Assembly (NCBI RefSeq): GCF_964355755.1
Contig: NC_092679.1
Location: 650,201-714,200, forward strand
Length of the DNA stretch: 64,000 nucleotides
Source of the DNA: Antedon mediterranea
Lineage: Eukaryota > Animalia > Echinodermata
Direction: 5' to 3'
Position 1 is the first letter of the stretch; the number at the start of each line of letters is the position of its first letter. The notes below the pieces were generated by a model that was not told the origin of the DNA, made no database searches, and saw only the letters and a program-made list of their open reading frames with translations. The position numbers and the translations under genes were made by a program. Positions 1 to 11,929 of the stretch are shown here, piece by piece.

Positions 1-334
1 CCTTGTGTAACACTCTCAAACTTAAGCCTTGTGTAACACTCTCAAACTTAAGCCTTGTGTAACACTCTCAAACTTAAGCCTTGTGTAACACTCTCTAACT
101 TAAGCCTTGTGTAACACTCTCAAACTTAAGCCTTGTGTAACACTCTCTAACTTAAGCCTTGTGTAACACTCTCTAACTAAGCCTTGTGTAACACTCTCAA
201 ACTTAAGCCTTGTGTAACACTCTCTAACTTAAGCCTTGTGTAACACTCTCTAACTTAAGCCTTGTGTAACACTCTCTAACTTAAGCCTTGTTTAACACTC
301 TCAAACTTAAGCCTTGTGTAACACTCTCAAACTT
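1..334. repeat. 26-bp minisatellite (CCTTGTGTAACACTCTCAAACTTAAG), about 13 copies, truncated by window start
   Basis: Near-perfect tandem copies read directly; the array runs into the MITE at 309-442. Confidence 0.97.
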
Positions 335-442
335 CATGTGACAAAATAAAATGTGATGTGCCCATATATGGACATGTTGATGTCATATCACTACCATAAT
401 ACACTTTTTTTGTCAAACTAGTTTGATAGTGTAGACAGAGCT
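309..442 (+). mobile_element. PIF/Harbinger-like MITE, family A
   Basis: Right TIR TTTGATAGTGTAGACAGAGCT followed by TTA; body GATGTCATATCACTACCATA shared with five other copies in the window. Confidence 0.8.
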
Positions 443-1208
443 TTAAGATGATGTCAAATAAATATCACTACTTAAATTTGCAAATAAGTATTTTTTTTAA
501 AGTTGTAGACCAAGAACATACAGGGCCTGTTTCTATTGACCAAGAGAACATGGTTTATAAAAATGCAATCGCGGTCTTAAATTGACCTCACCTTAGAAGG
601 TCAATGAATGCCGCGAGCATCCGACTCTACGAGTGGATAATGAAATAATTACATAATCAACCACGAACTATCACTAAATGAGAAACTGATTGTAGTTTCA
701 GTAAAAATTAGGCTGCAACATGATTCTGGTTTCAATTTAATTTTCAAAAAGAAAAGATCAGAATAACGAGTCAAAAAATACAAACTTCCAAATATTGGAG
801 TGTAAAAAAATGTGTTTTATAATTGATTTAAATTGCATAGGAGGCATAAATATTTAAAAAAGAAAAATGCATCAATCAAATCATTACTGACAGACCAGTA
901 GACTAGCGAGAAAGAGCCATAGAAGCGGTCAGCACACATAACAATGTCTACAGCAGATGAATGCTGCAACAGATTATTTCTATTCAATTAATAACATGGT
1001 TTTAAAAGCTAACCTGCAAAATGCATTCCAATTTCAATTAATTTCATGATCTTCTATCTTGATTGATTGATTGATTTTAATGTTTACTACATCAAAATGT
1101 TACGGAGCTTAATTGGAATAGCTACAGATATTACCAAACAAAAATTCCTTGCAAATAAGATTTTGTTGTCAACTTTGACCTATAAATATTAGTGATGACA
1201 TAAAGAAA

Positions 1209-1580
1209 ACAAGAGCAAGCAGATCAGAGTTGCAACCTTTGCCATCTTAAGAAAGAAAAGAAAAAGGATCAAGAATCCTGATCAAGTCTTTGACGTACAA
1301 CCTAAAAATAGTTTTTAAAAAGTGGTCCAGAATTGGATCCTGGTCTGGATTGACTCCAAAATGGAGTATTCAATGATGATGTGTTTTAAATGTAGTCAAG
1401 ATCTATCTTGTAGTTTAGTAAAATAATAAAAAGTGATCTAGATAGAATTGGGGTCCAGATTGCCTAAAAAAATGGAGTCTTCAGTGACCACATATTTATC
1501 TGTGGTTTAAATTTGATCCATCTTTTAGTTTTGACATTATCCTGCTAACAGACAAACAAACACACCCTAAGCGGAGGTAT
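1209..1580 (-). mobile_element. Helentron/DINE-like non-autonomous element (HINE)
   Basis: Minus strand starts TACCTCCGC..., has GTTTGTCTGTTAGCAGGATAATGTCAAAACTA, ends GGTTGCAACTCT...CTCTTGTT; homologous copy at 54289-54578. Confidence 0.65.
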
Positions 1581-3603
1581 ACTCCAGCCAAAAAAACTAT
1601 TTTTCTACTGTTATACATCTGAAAAAAATCTATTTATCTTTTGATTTAGAAATGATACAAGATTAAGGAGATTATTTAGGATAATTTAAAAAATTCAAAA
1701 AGGATTTGCATTGTGTACTCTGTAATCTAATCTGAATCATATCACCTACAAAATATTCATTTATTAATGAAATGAAATCGACTGGTTCTCAAATGACCAG
1801 GTAATTAAGAACGACTTTGCCTAAGGCTTCTACTTTTAAATTATTATCCACTATCAATATTAATGAAAACAAGATTGTTATTAGTTTTAAACTAATAAAT
1901 AGATAACAATGGTATCCTTTTACTAGTTTTATTAAAACGATGACCTAGATAACTTAAGTAACCTATATATATATTTATTATAAATAAATCTATTAATTGA
2001 ATCGGTACCATGACTGGTTACATTTTAAAGGTCCATGTGGAATACAATACACATTACTGTACTCACATTGGAGTAAGAAAATCAACAAACTAAAGATATC
2101 CCTATTTATGAATGGTATAACCCACTTAATAAACTAGCCAATCAGAGATATATGGAAGTTTAAACTTTAGTATAAATTCTTATGGAATACTTTATAAAAT
2201 TCCCACTGTTGATCTGAGAATGTTCACCCAAGCTGCATACTATTACAACTTATGAAGAGTTGAACCAAGAACTCTTGAAATAATAGGCAAATATTTTAGT
2301 TAAAATATCGTGTCATAATTTCCACTTTGGATGTTAAATGAATTATAGGAAACAAGCCAAAAATGAAAAACTGTAATAGACTATTAGAGCTTGATAATGA
2401 AGCAAAAGTGGTTTGCCCATTTCTATAACAAGTCATTAACGTTTTAGTAGAAGGATTAAAAACGCAAAATCCGCAAAGCTCACTCTATCATAATGACTAA
2501 ATGCTGTCACAGCATTTAGTGCATATAAAATGAAGCTTACTCAACGCCGTTTGACGAGTCACAACGAACGAATTAACAACACGACTGCTCTCCTGGGGAG
2601 ACCGAAATGGATTTACGTTCGATGGTGGTCCCAGCAGCGATACTGAGCCGGTACGATAATCCATACAAGTTTGGACGACATTTTCTCTTACGTGGTGAAA
2701 AGGAGTGATGGCGACTAACAGGTTGTTAGCTAGCCCGAGGGAGACAAAAACAAACACAAGGATATGATGTACAATAAACACTTAAATTAAAAACTTGATT
2801 CGCAGTATTATATGATTTAAAAGAAAACTTATAATCATTTTACGTATGCTTAATATTAATAAACAATTTTGGATAATTAGAAGCTTTTAGTAATACGAAA
2901 AAAACTTGATTTAACTAAAATACATCATTTTGTACTGTTGTTAATAAAAATCAATTCCAGATCATTAAAAATGCTTTTTCAATAAATTATTACGGTAATT
3001 TTCTTTCATATTTCAAGGTAAAAAAACATTACATTCAACATTCAAGTTCACATTAATATTCTTTCATAAACTATTACAATATTTCATTAAAAAATAAGAT
3101 GTTTTTTAACATTGAAAACGCATTCGGAATACCAGACATAAGTCAGTCTAGTGGTGTCAAGTATTGGGAGAATCGACTGTTTTTAGGCCTAGTATAATTA
3201 CGTTTTTTAAGCAATAGCCGTTACGATTTTTTCCTGCTAGTTTTCAAAAAATATCTAGGCCTAGAGGATTTCTATGAAACTCTCACTAAGTGCAAATAAA
3301 TAAGCTTATCCTCCCCTGGGTCTTGTGCTGAGTGCATCATATCTCTCTCAATCCTTTTAAATAACATTTATTTGATATTCTATAGAATACCAGTTTCAAC
3401 TGGGAAATTCTACAAACAAAAGTTACCAATATTCTCTATGTATCTGAAAATATATTGATATATACTAAACTTAATAACAAGAAAAAGTATCTAGTAGTAG
3501 CTCAATAGTATTAGTACAATACACTAATATTTAGTTTATAACCACCGATGTTGAATAGTAATACTTTTTCTACACGCCAATCAAATTTCAACAATAACAT
3601 GAA

Positions 3604-3810
3604 AGCCCCAGTGGTCTAATGGTTAGGACATCTAAGTTCTGGGTTTGAATCTCAATTGGAGTGACTTTTCTCATTCAACAGATTTCCTCATCTTTATCCT
3701 TTCAAATTAATTAATTAAATTTCAGTATATCAGTGGTTTAGAATTGCCTGTGTGCCTGTGATGTTTACCTACAATATTAGCATAAAAAACACTTAAGTGA
3801 TATCAAAAAT
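3604..3810 (+). mobile_element. tRNA-derived SINE (degenerate)
   Basis: A-box-like GTGGTCTAATGGTTAG and B-box-like GGGTTTGAATCTC followed by a non-tRNA body and A-rich end. Confidence 0.55.
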
Positions 3811-6090
3811 ATATCCCTTTATTCACTTAGATAATTTAATATTATGATAATAAGTGTTTCCCTTATTTTGAGTATGATACTAATAGTTAATACAGCCTTT
3901 GAATTATTACTATTTGAAGGATAATCCGTGCATTTTCAGCGTAACGGTACAGTCTTACATTAACCTTGTCACACGGTCAGTCAAAGGGTTTGTCGCACTC
4001 TTTCTATAATTACATACCATTGTCTCATGGACGTATATAACTATTTCATAATAGTATTGTAAAAATGATAGTATTAAGTTACAAATTGAAAGTCAATAAT
4101 TCATCGCAACATCTTTTAAAATCGTATATTAAAGGAAATAGTGTGAATATTAATTACAGAAACCACCAATAATACAAAATGTTCAATATCATTAAATTAT
4201 TTGTGTATAATTGGTAGTATAATATTTGAAATGAATTCAGGGTTTTAAATAATTGGAAGGTAACCATTTTTTTGTGATTCACTCAATTGAAAGTAAAGAC
4301 TCTTTAATACCAATTTTCATAGATAGACTATTTTATAGAATCATTATCGACAAATGAACTGCAACATATCTTATTTATAATATTTTATTTTTTTTAACTG
4401 TGTAGGACTTAATTATTACAGTAACTAAATTTAGTAATTATTTTCATACTGATAGCACAAATAGTATATATTTTTCTATTCAACCAATTGTCTGTTACTT
4501 GTTGTACTGTTTTTATTTTTCACTTTTTATGTCATGTTTGTTTTGTATGTAGCTGTATTTATTATCTTGTTTTGAATTTTATACCCAGTAAACCACATAT
4601 CAAGTATGTATTTATATGATGATGAATAAAGAATCTTGAATTGAAACACTATTTTGAAAGACCAATATTTTTCACGGAGAAAAGTGAGACATGGACAACA
4701 GTACGGCATCACATCAGGAATATTCATCTTCATAGAGGGCTCACTTCATGGTATTTAGTACTGTTATCCACTTTACTGTAGTAACCACTATCCGTAATTT
4801 TTTTTTTATAATCGTGCTCAATAGGCTAATTTTTACTATTTAACATATATACAGTATTTATTTAAGTTTGCTTCATACATATTTCTTATAAAAAATGCCG
4901 CTCAACATTTTAAAATTAATCATTGTTCTTTCTTCAGATATATTAATAATTTATAGAAAATATGTTTTGTTACCATGGAAATTGACTGTAACAAAATAAA
5001 AATATGTTGGTTAATCGCAAAAATACACAAAATCTAACATAGCTATTTAATTATAAATCACATCATGCCCATTTTGTTGGGTGTTAGTAATCTGGTTGTA
5101 TTTCATTGAATAATTGATATTCCTGCTAATTTTCAACAGCATTTGAAAGAAGGCATGTGTACCTATCCAACAATTATATTAATCTACTAATTAAAATATG
5201 AACTTTAATGTGCTGTGTGTGTGACCTCAACCTGTAGGCATGCAACTGAATACCCTCTAGAGACAACGTGACTTCACGGTGGTACAAGTGAGAAAATTCT
5301 TCCACATTCTGTTGATTCGTGTCAACTAATCAAAGGGCGACAATCCAAAATCGTTCAACCGTGAGCCCTCATAGACTCTTTTTTCCCAGATGTTTTTGGA
5401 TCCAGCAGCTGGGACCTATAAATTATAGTCGAGTTTACAAATTTCCACTGTCGGCCTTAGAACTACTGTATAGCTACTGCAATGATAAAGCTTTCTAATG
5501 AGTATGTCCTCTTGGGACATTGCTGGCTAAAGCTGCGGCGCGAAAAAAAAGAGGTTTTTTCTTATATCCTCACCAGGCCAAAAACACATCAAAAACTTAC
5601 AACTATTTCTAAAGAATATTTACAAAATATCGTGTTGTATAAATTTCAGGTACTTGACAAAATCTGTCATGCCCAATACCAGACTATGTTCGTGATGGAT
5701 ATCTTGACATTTACAGGTAACCATGACGATAGAAAATGTGTATGCATACTGTGTAACATTGAAAAGTTATTAATTTTCATTCAACAAGTAGGTTAAGTCC
5801 TAGAGTTCAAAAAGATGTAGTCATTCACCAAATGAATGTTTTAAATACATTCCACACCTTATTTAAACTGAACATAGCATCATCATCATATCACACTTAA
5901 CTCAAAATCTTGTACTCCACTTCTCCTAAGCGGCAAGGCTAATAGTAAAACTGTCCACGCTAAGTCATTTTTTAACTTCCTTTTAGAGATGTGGCTACAG
6001 CATATTTTTTCGTTGAAAGTCTTGCCAATTTTATGTAAATTGAAGTTTTTAATAGTGAACTAGTTCAGAGTGCTAGTAAGTTGGGATAAT

Positions 6091-6131
6091 CATGGACCTA
6101 AGTATAAATTTCCCTAATTTATAGGTCCATG
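6091..6131. mobile_element. 41-bp miniature inverted-repeat element with 7-bp target duplication
   Basis: TIRs CATGGACCTA...TAGGTCCATG flanked on both sides by GGATAAT. Confidence 0.6.
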
Positions 6132-6547
6132 GGATAATTATGGTATACTCATTTAGGCCTACTATATAGGTCCATGTATTTATATTTGTCATCAAGCTTA
6201 ACTGGAAACTAAGGAGTACTAGGTTAGGATAATAGGGTGGAATTAGGAAAATACTTTATTGGTCATGAAAATTCATTTTTATAGGTTAGCTGCCCTTGAA
6301 ATTGAACTAATTCATTGCTTTGTATTATTCAATTCTGTAGGTTTTAGTAATTTAAGTGCAGTTCATCCTGTTGCAATGACAATAAAAATATGTTATGTTT
6401 ATTCCTGAATAAAATTACATATTTCACTTAATTTGATTTGATTTATTCAATGCAGCGAAACAAAAATTACTGAATAATAAATACACAAATGCCAAGGATT
6501 TTCAAACTTTTCATACATCTTGGTGACAGCAAATAAAGATTAGGAAA

Positions 6548-6850
6548 CAGGCAACCATGCAATGGCGTACCACACAGGGCAAAGGTCCAACAGGCAACCA
6601 TGCAATGGCGTATCACACAGGGCAAAGGCCCCAATAGGCTACCATGCAATGGCGTATCGCACAGGGCAAAGGCCCCAACAGGCTACCATGCAATGGCGTA
6701 TCACACAGGGCAAAGGCCCCAACAGGCAACCATGCAATGGCGTATCACACAGGGCAAAGGCCCCAACAGGCTACCATGCAATGGCGTATCACACAGGGCA
6801 AAGGCCCCAACAGGCTACCATGCAATGGCGTATCACACAGGGCAAAGGTC
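6548..6850. repeat. 44-bp minisatellite (CAGGCTACCATGCAATGGCGTATCACACAGGGCAAAGGCCCCAA), about 7 copies
   Basis: Direct tandem copies; explains the overlapping repetitive ORFs at 6467-6958. Confidence 0.95.
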
Positions 6851-7045
6851 CCTTGTTTAGCATTCCTAAGTGACCCTCCAACACTGGGTAGTTGCATTGG
6901 ACAGCTAATGCTCTGGGGCCTTTTGTTTAGCACTGCTAAATGGCCCTTCAATGCTTAGTTGTTTTGGACTGCTAATGCTCTGGGCCCCTTGAGCTCTGGG
7001 GCCCCTGGATTTAGCCAGTGAGCACTCATAGCCATTATGCCACTA
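6823..7045 (+). mobile_element. hAT-like MITE (same family as 59596-59751)
   Basis: Ends CAATGGCGTA...TTATGCCACTA; body GCTCTGGGGCC...GCCCCTGGATTTAGCC...CTCATAGCC matches the 59596 copy; degenerate 8-bp flanks. Confidence 0.7.
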
Positions 7046-10000
7046 AAAGCATGGCAGTATCTGGCAACAACAAACTGGAGAATCACCAACAGAAATAGCA
7101 CAATATAGCAACAATAATCAATAAGACAAAGTTTGGAAAAGGCTTTCTTCAAACTGCAACATCAACCAATCAGTCAATCAAACATCAATATCAAAATGGT
7201 TCTAGGCATGCACTACATGCCTTACTCGTAGAAAGTGTAATAAAAAACAAATTATTATCAATCTTGGTTTTTTACAGTGAGCCGTGGCGACGTGCCGACT
7301 CCACAACTACTCTCTATAGATAACTCTGTTAAAGGTAAATTAAAACACATCATCATCATTATTACTATTCCTACTTCATTATGAAATTAAGTAATTTCTT
7401 AATAATCTGACTAAAGGATTTGAATTTTAAAAGAGCGAGTCTAGACGACAAAGACAATAATAGCAAACAAATATTTTTTTACAGATCGAGGTTTCATTAT
7501 AAATGTTGTCTCATTAAAGGCATCCTAATAATAGGAGAATTGGACATTTGTGTCTGGACCTGGCAGACTAGTGCACAGAAGAAAGAAATAATATTTGTCT
7601 GTTTTGACTTGCTATGGAAAGAAAGTTACTATATATATTACAGTTGCCACAAAATTAGCTCTTAATTGATGAAAATTATTATCAATTATTGATGGTAGAA
7701 AAAGATATTTATGACATTTTATTCACACATGAAAGACTAGTAAATTACTAATACAGAAAAAAAATTAAATCAATTTCTTTTTAGTGTTAAAATTAAAGTA
7801 TCTTTATAACACATGTAGTCGTAAAATTTGCTCTTAATTTATGCAAATAAATGTTGATACTTAGAGTTTGTCAAGTAGCATCTAGATTAAGAAAGTGCTT
7901 ATTCCAATAACTGTCAATTTTACAATACTACTCGGTTAATTAAGAGAGCATGTTCATACATTCTAACAGTTGTTTACCATGTGACTAGCATTCTATGCCA
8001 TTAGATAAGTTTGGTGTTAAATTCAAGCGTGATCAACTATTAGAGGTGTCAGCACAGATATCTGATCAAATGTCAATTCGTTTTAAAATTAGTCAACGTA
8101 GTAATTCATTGAATTATATCGTATTTGAAGATATGTCGATTTATTTGCCGACGAACGAAATAGCACCCAATGGACATCGGTAGTGTGCTACGTGCTGCTT
8201 GCATACGTGAGTAATTATCCAACTGGGAGTTTAAAAACCAACCCTCTCGTGCTTTTGATTTTCCGACGGAGAGTGTGTTCCACGGCAAACAATTTCTTCA
8301 ATACGTCACGTTTATGAATTTCCAGATGAAGAATGTTGTCGTAAAACCTTAAGTATAATTTACCATGAACCGACAAAGACTAATAATTATGGCATTGTGC
8401 TCAAACATATTGAAATATCATCTGGCACAAAAAAATAGAAATGGCAACTGAAATTGATTTTTGTAACAAATAAGTAAAACAATGAAAGAGAATGTACAAT
8501 ACATTCTATTTTCAGATTCAACTTCCTACTTTCCACTATTTATCAAACTTACTGTTCACAAATGAAAGTTTTGTTTTTTTTAATATGTTTTTCCAACGAA
8601 TATAACTTGCAATTTACATAGCAGTTGTAAACCAGCCTAGTCTACACTAGCAAACTTTAGTTTCAAACTCTAAAGTTCGCCAACAAAAGTTTTCCAAAAT
8701 TTGATAGCGTAATTACAACTGGTCTACATTGGCAGACCCGTTTTGCCAAACTGTAATTTGAGTTGCTCATTTTGCAAACTGTAATTTAGGGGTGTACACT
8801 AGAGCTTTTAGTTTGTGAACCTTCTTAACAACTAGTTTTTCTAAAGTTTGTGAAATATAATCAATTGGACATGATGGTGGGACAAATTGACAGCCTCCAG
8901 TAACTAGTGTTTATAAAAACCAAGAACTAATTAATAATTAAAAGTCCTTGAACAATGGGGTCTACAAAGAATACAAGGCTCTTGCAAATTATCATTTAAT
9001 ACTAAAATGTATAATCTTCTAAACTTAAAAACAAACAAAAAACTGAGTTTGAAAAATGAATTAGATTAAGAATTTCTTAGATGTTGACCAAGTTTATTGA
9101 ATGTGTCACTCTGTCTGCATTGCAGTAATCAACAAATTCATAAACATAGTAATATTAGATATTGGTTATTAATAATTCATAATAAAATTGAGTCAAGAAC
9201 AATACAAGTAGGTCATATGATATTTACAATTTGGAGACGTTAATCTTTTGACATTTAATTTTAATTTACATGTGGTGTTAATTTAGAGGCTATAATGTAT
9301 CAATGTTAACAACATTATACATAAATAATAAGTGTTGAGGTGGTACTATTTGCAATTCGCAGAAACAGTTTTATTTTCATTTTATTCCTTTCAGAGAAAT
9401 ATAAAAGTGGAAAACTGGAAAGAAACAAAAGCTATCAACAACAACATCGACCAATGGTGTGCTGCTCTCGCTTGTCTGCCCAACCTAAGGGCATGTCTAC
9501 AACCCAAAGGGCGTGTCTTTATAACTCTAATAATAATTAATGACACCACCCAGGTTGTGTAGATCCATTATCCCACTGAGGGAAATATTAACAGATACTT
9601 GCCTGATTAGAGGTGAAATATAACAATGAATAATTACACAAACAGTGGTTGGTTATATCTCGCTCTTTGAGGAGAAAGGGCTATTTTCAGTTTATCCAGG
9701 TAAGCTAAGCACAAAATAGACTGTAGAATATTACAAATTAATCAAAACTATAAATAACGAAGCAAATCATAGTACAGTATGTATCATTAATCTTCAAAAT
9801 GATTAAGAAAGATAAAACCTGTTGCAGGTGTCTTCATAATGTTTAATGACCTACGTTTTTGTAGTTTTAACAATTAAAAAAGAAAAATGTCCTACAGTAT
9901 GCAGATGTTCTTGAAGCTGGCATTGACACCATTTTAAAAGCGTTTTAATTAATAATTTCAAATGCTATGTTAACATGTACATGGTAAAGAAATTAATTTT

Positions 10001-10109
10001 TTTCATTTATTTTATGACAGTTTGGAGACAAGTCTTGTGGTGTGGCCAGATAGTCACATATGTAGCCATATCTAGTGGCTAATAAAGCGGCCTGCCCCCC
10101 CCCCCCCCC

Positions 10110-10272
10110 CTAAATAATCACAAAGACACAAGAAGCTCTACACAAACAAAGTCTTATTACAAGTTTTTGAGAGTGGAGTTGTTTTGTCATGAGAAAAAAA
10201 TCTTTGGCATCTGACAGGATTTGAACCCAGGACCCTGGGATGCCAAGCATCTAAACCACTAAGACAGCTCCA
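10110..10272 (-). mobile_element. tRNA-derived SINE
   Basis: Minus strand GCTGTCTTAGTGGTTTAGATGC...CCTGGGTTCAAATCC (A/B boxes) with a non-tRNA tail. Confidence 0.55.
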
Positions 10273-10743
10273 CTCTAAATACTTAGCTTAGTGCAGTACC
10301 ATCTCAGCAACTTTATGCTATAGGTTACATAGGTTACAGTTCAGCTACCTATACCTATCATTATTTATTGAGATAGATAAATATGTCCTCTTATCAAACT
10401 TCTACATTTGAAACTTTATACAACGAAAAATAACCTTTTAATTCCTATTACATTAGCAATAAACAATGATCGGTACTAATGCCTGGTGCCTCGTTGTCTT
10501 ATCAAAAATGTTTGGAAGATCTAATACAAATACAATACTGTAATAAATGAGAATGGCTTTTCAAAAACCCAACGGATAATCTTGATTGATGTTGTTTCAG
10601 GGAATCGATTTGATCGAAGAAGATACAAGAGATTAGAATTATGATTGGTCAGGACAATGTACAGTATTGGGTTCCATCTACTTTTTCAATTACTAACATA
10701 ACCGGTCACTACATACATTGCTGCATTATGTAACCAAGTGTAA

Positions 10744-10892
10744 AGCTCTGTCTACACTATCAAACTTTATGTGACAAAAAAATGTGATGTGATATGGCCA
10801 TGATGATGTCATATCACTAAAATATTTGGACATACCGTATTTGGGTACATTATACTTGTTTTGTCAAACTTGTTACTTCTGTAGACAGAGCT
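10744..10892 (+). mobile_element. PIF/Harbinger-like MITE, family A
   Basis: TAA|AGCTCTGTCTACAC...GTAGACAGAGCT|TAA: TIRs plus 3-bp TAA target duplication. Confidence 0.85.
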
Positions 10893-11929
10893 TAAGTAAA
10901 ATTACTAGTCACATACACACATGTACACATACATGTAAAATATTGTGTAAAATACTTGTACTTGTAATACAAAATAGAGAGAGCAGTAGAGGCCAGGATA
11001 TTTAGTATTTTGGCCCATATTGAAGCAAAAAATAACTCAAGATTGTATTAGTATTCGTGATGTCATCAATAAATCAATATGCATGTTTTGTACAAAAACG
11101 ATAACAAAATTTGATTTTGCCAAGTAATAATGTATACAGTACAAAAATTATGTATGAACGATAAAGTTTTCAATAAAAATCTATGTATTATGTAAGCATT
11201 GAAATTAAGAGTAATTTGATTTAAAACAATATTAATGATTGTGACATTTAAACTAATTTTATTTATGATTTTAATATTTTTAATTATTCAATTTTTAATT
11301 AATTCATTGATTCATCAATATTTACTTATTTATTTAATCAAATTATTCAACTTTAAATATATACACATTTAGAAATATAAAATTCTAAGAATTAAAATAT
11401 AAATAATTTATCAAACTATGATCCAGTTCCTATCCAGACTATCAAAATCTGTAATTAAATAATAATGGTCATCTATCTTGTCTTGACCATATTTTCTTTA
11501 TCTCTATATTTTTTCTTTTATTTATTTGTTGGTATTTTTTTAATCTGCCATGACCATATTAATTTCCTACTTAGATAATGAAGTTGGGATATGCGTAATT
11601 TTAACCCGTTCAAAAGAGCCGTAAATGTACAAGGAACAAACAAAGTACAATTTTTTTTAATAATCTAAAACCAGATAAATAAGACAAAAAATACTTACAA
11701 TCATTTTTTGAGACATTTCACATTGGTACAGAGTTCCAACTAATTCCTGTAACAAGACCATATTATATAAACTATTTAAAAACTTTTTCAAAACTTGTTC
11801 AAAATACAGAAATTTACTTATGTACTATTATAACTAATGCTTCTATTCTATAACGTCCAATTATTATCAATATGAATACGACATGAACCAAACAACAATT
11901 AATGGAATGCAATGCATTGTAACCCGCTG

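Noticed and set aside
5200-5800. CpG-richer patch with a 104-aa ORF (similar patch at 7900-8350)
   Set aside because: No recognisable protein, splice pattern or element ends; probably old transposon debris but not supportable.
6467-6958. Overlapping repetitive ORFs (also 17943-20674, 27437-27747, 44417-44893, 49460-49896)
   Set aside because: Artefacts of stop-poor tandem repeats; no splice signals or protein family recognised.
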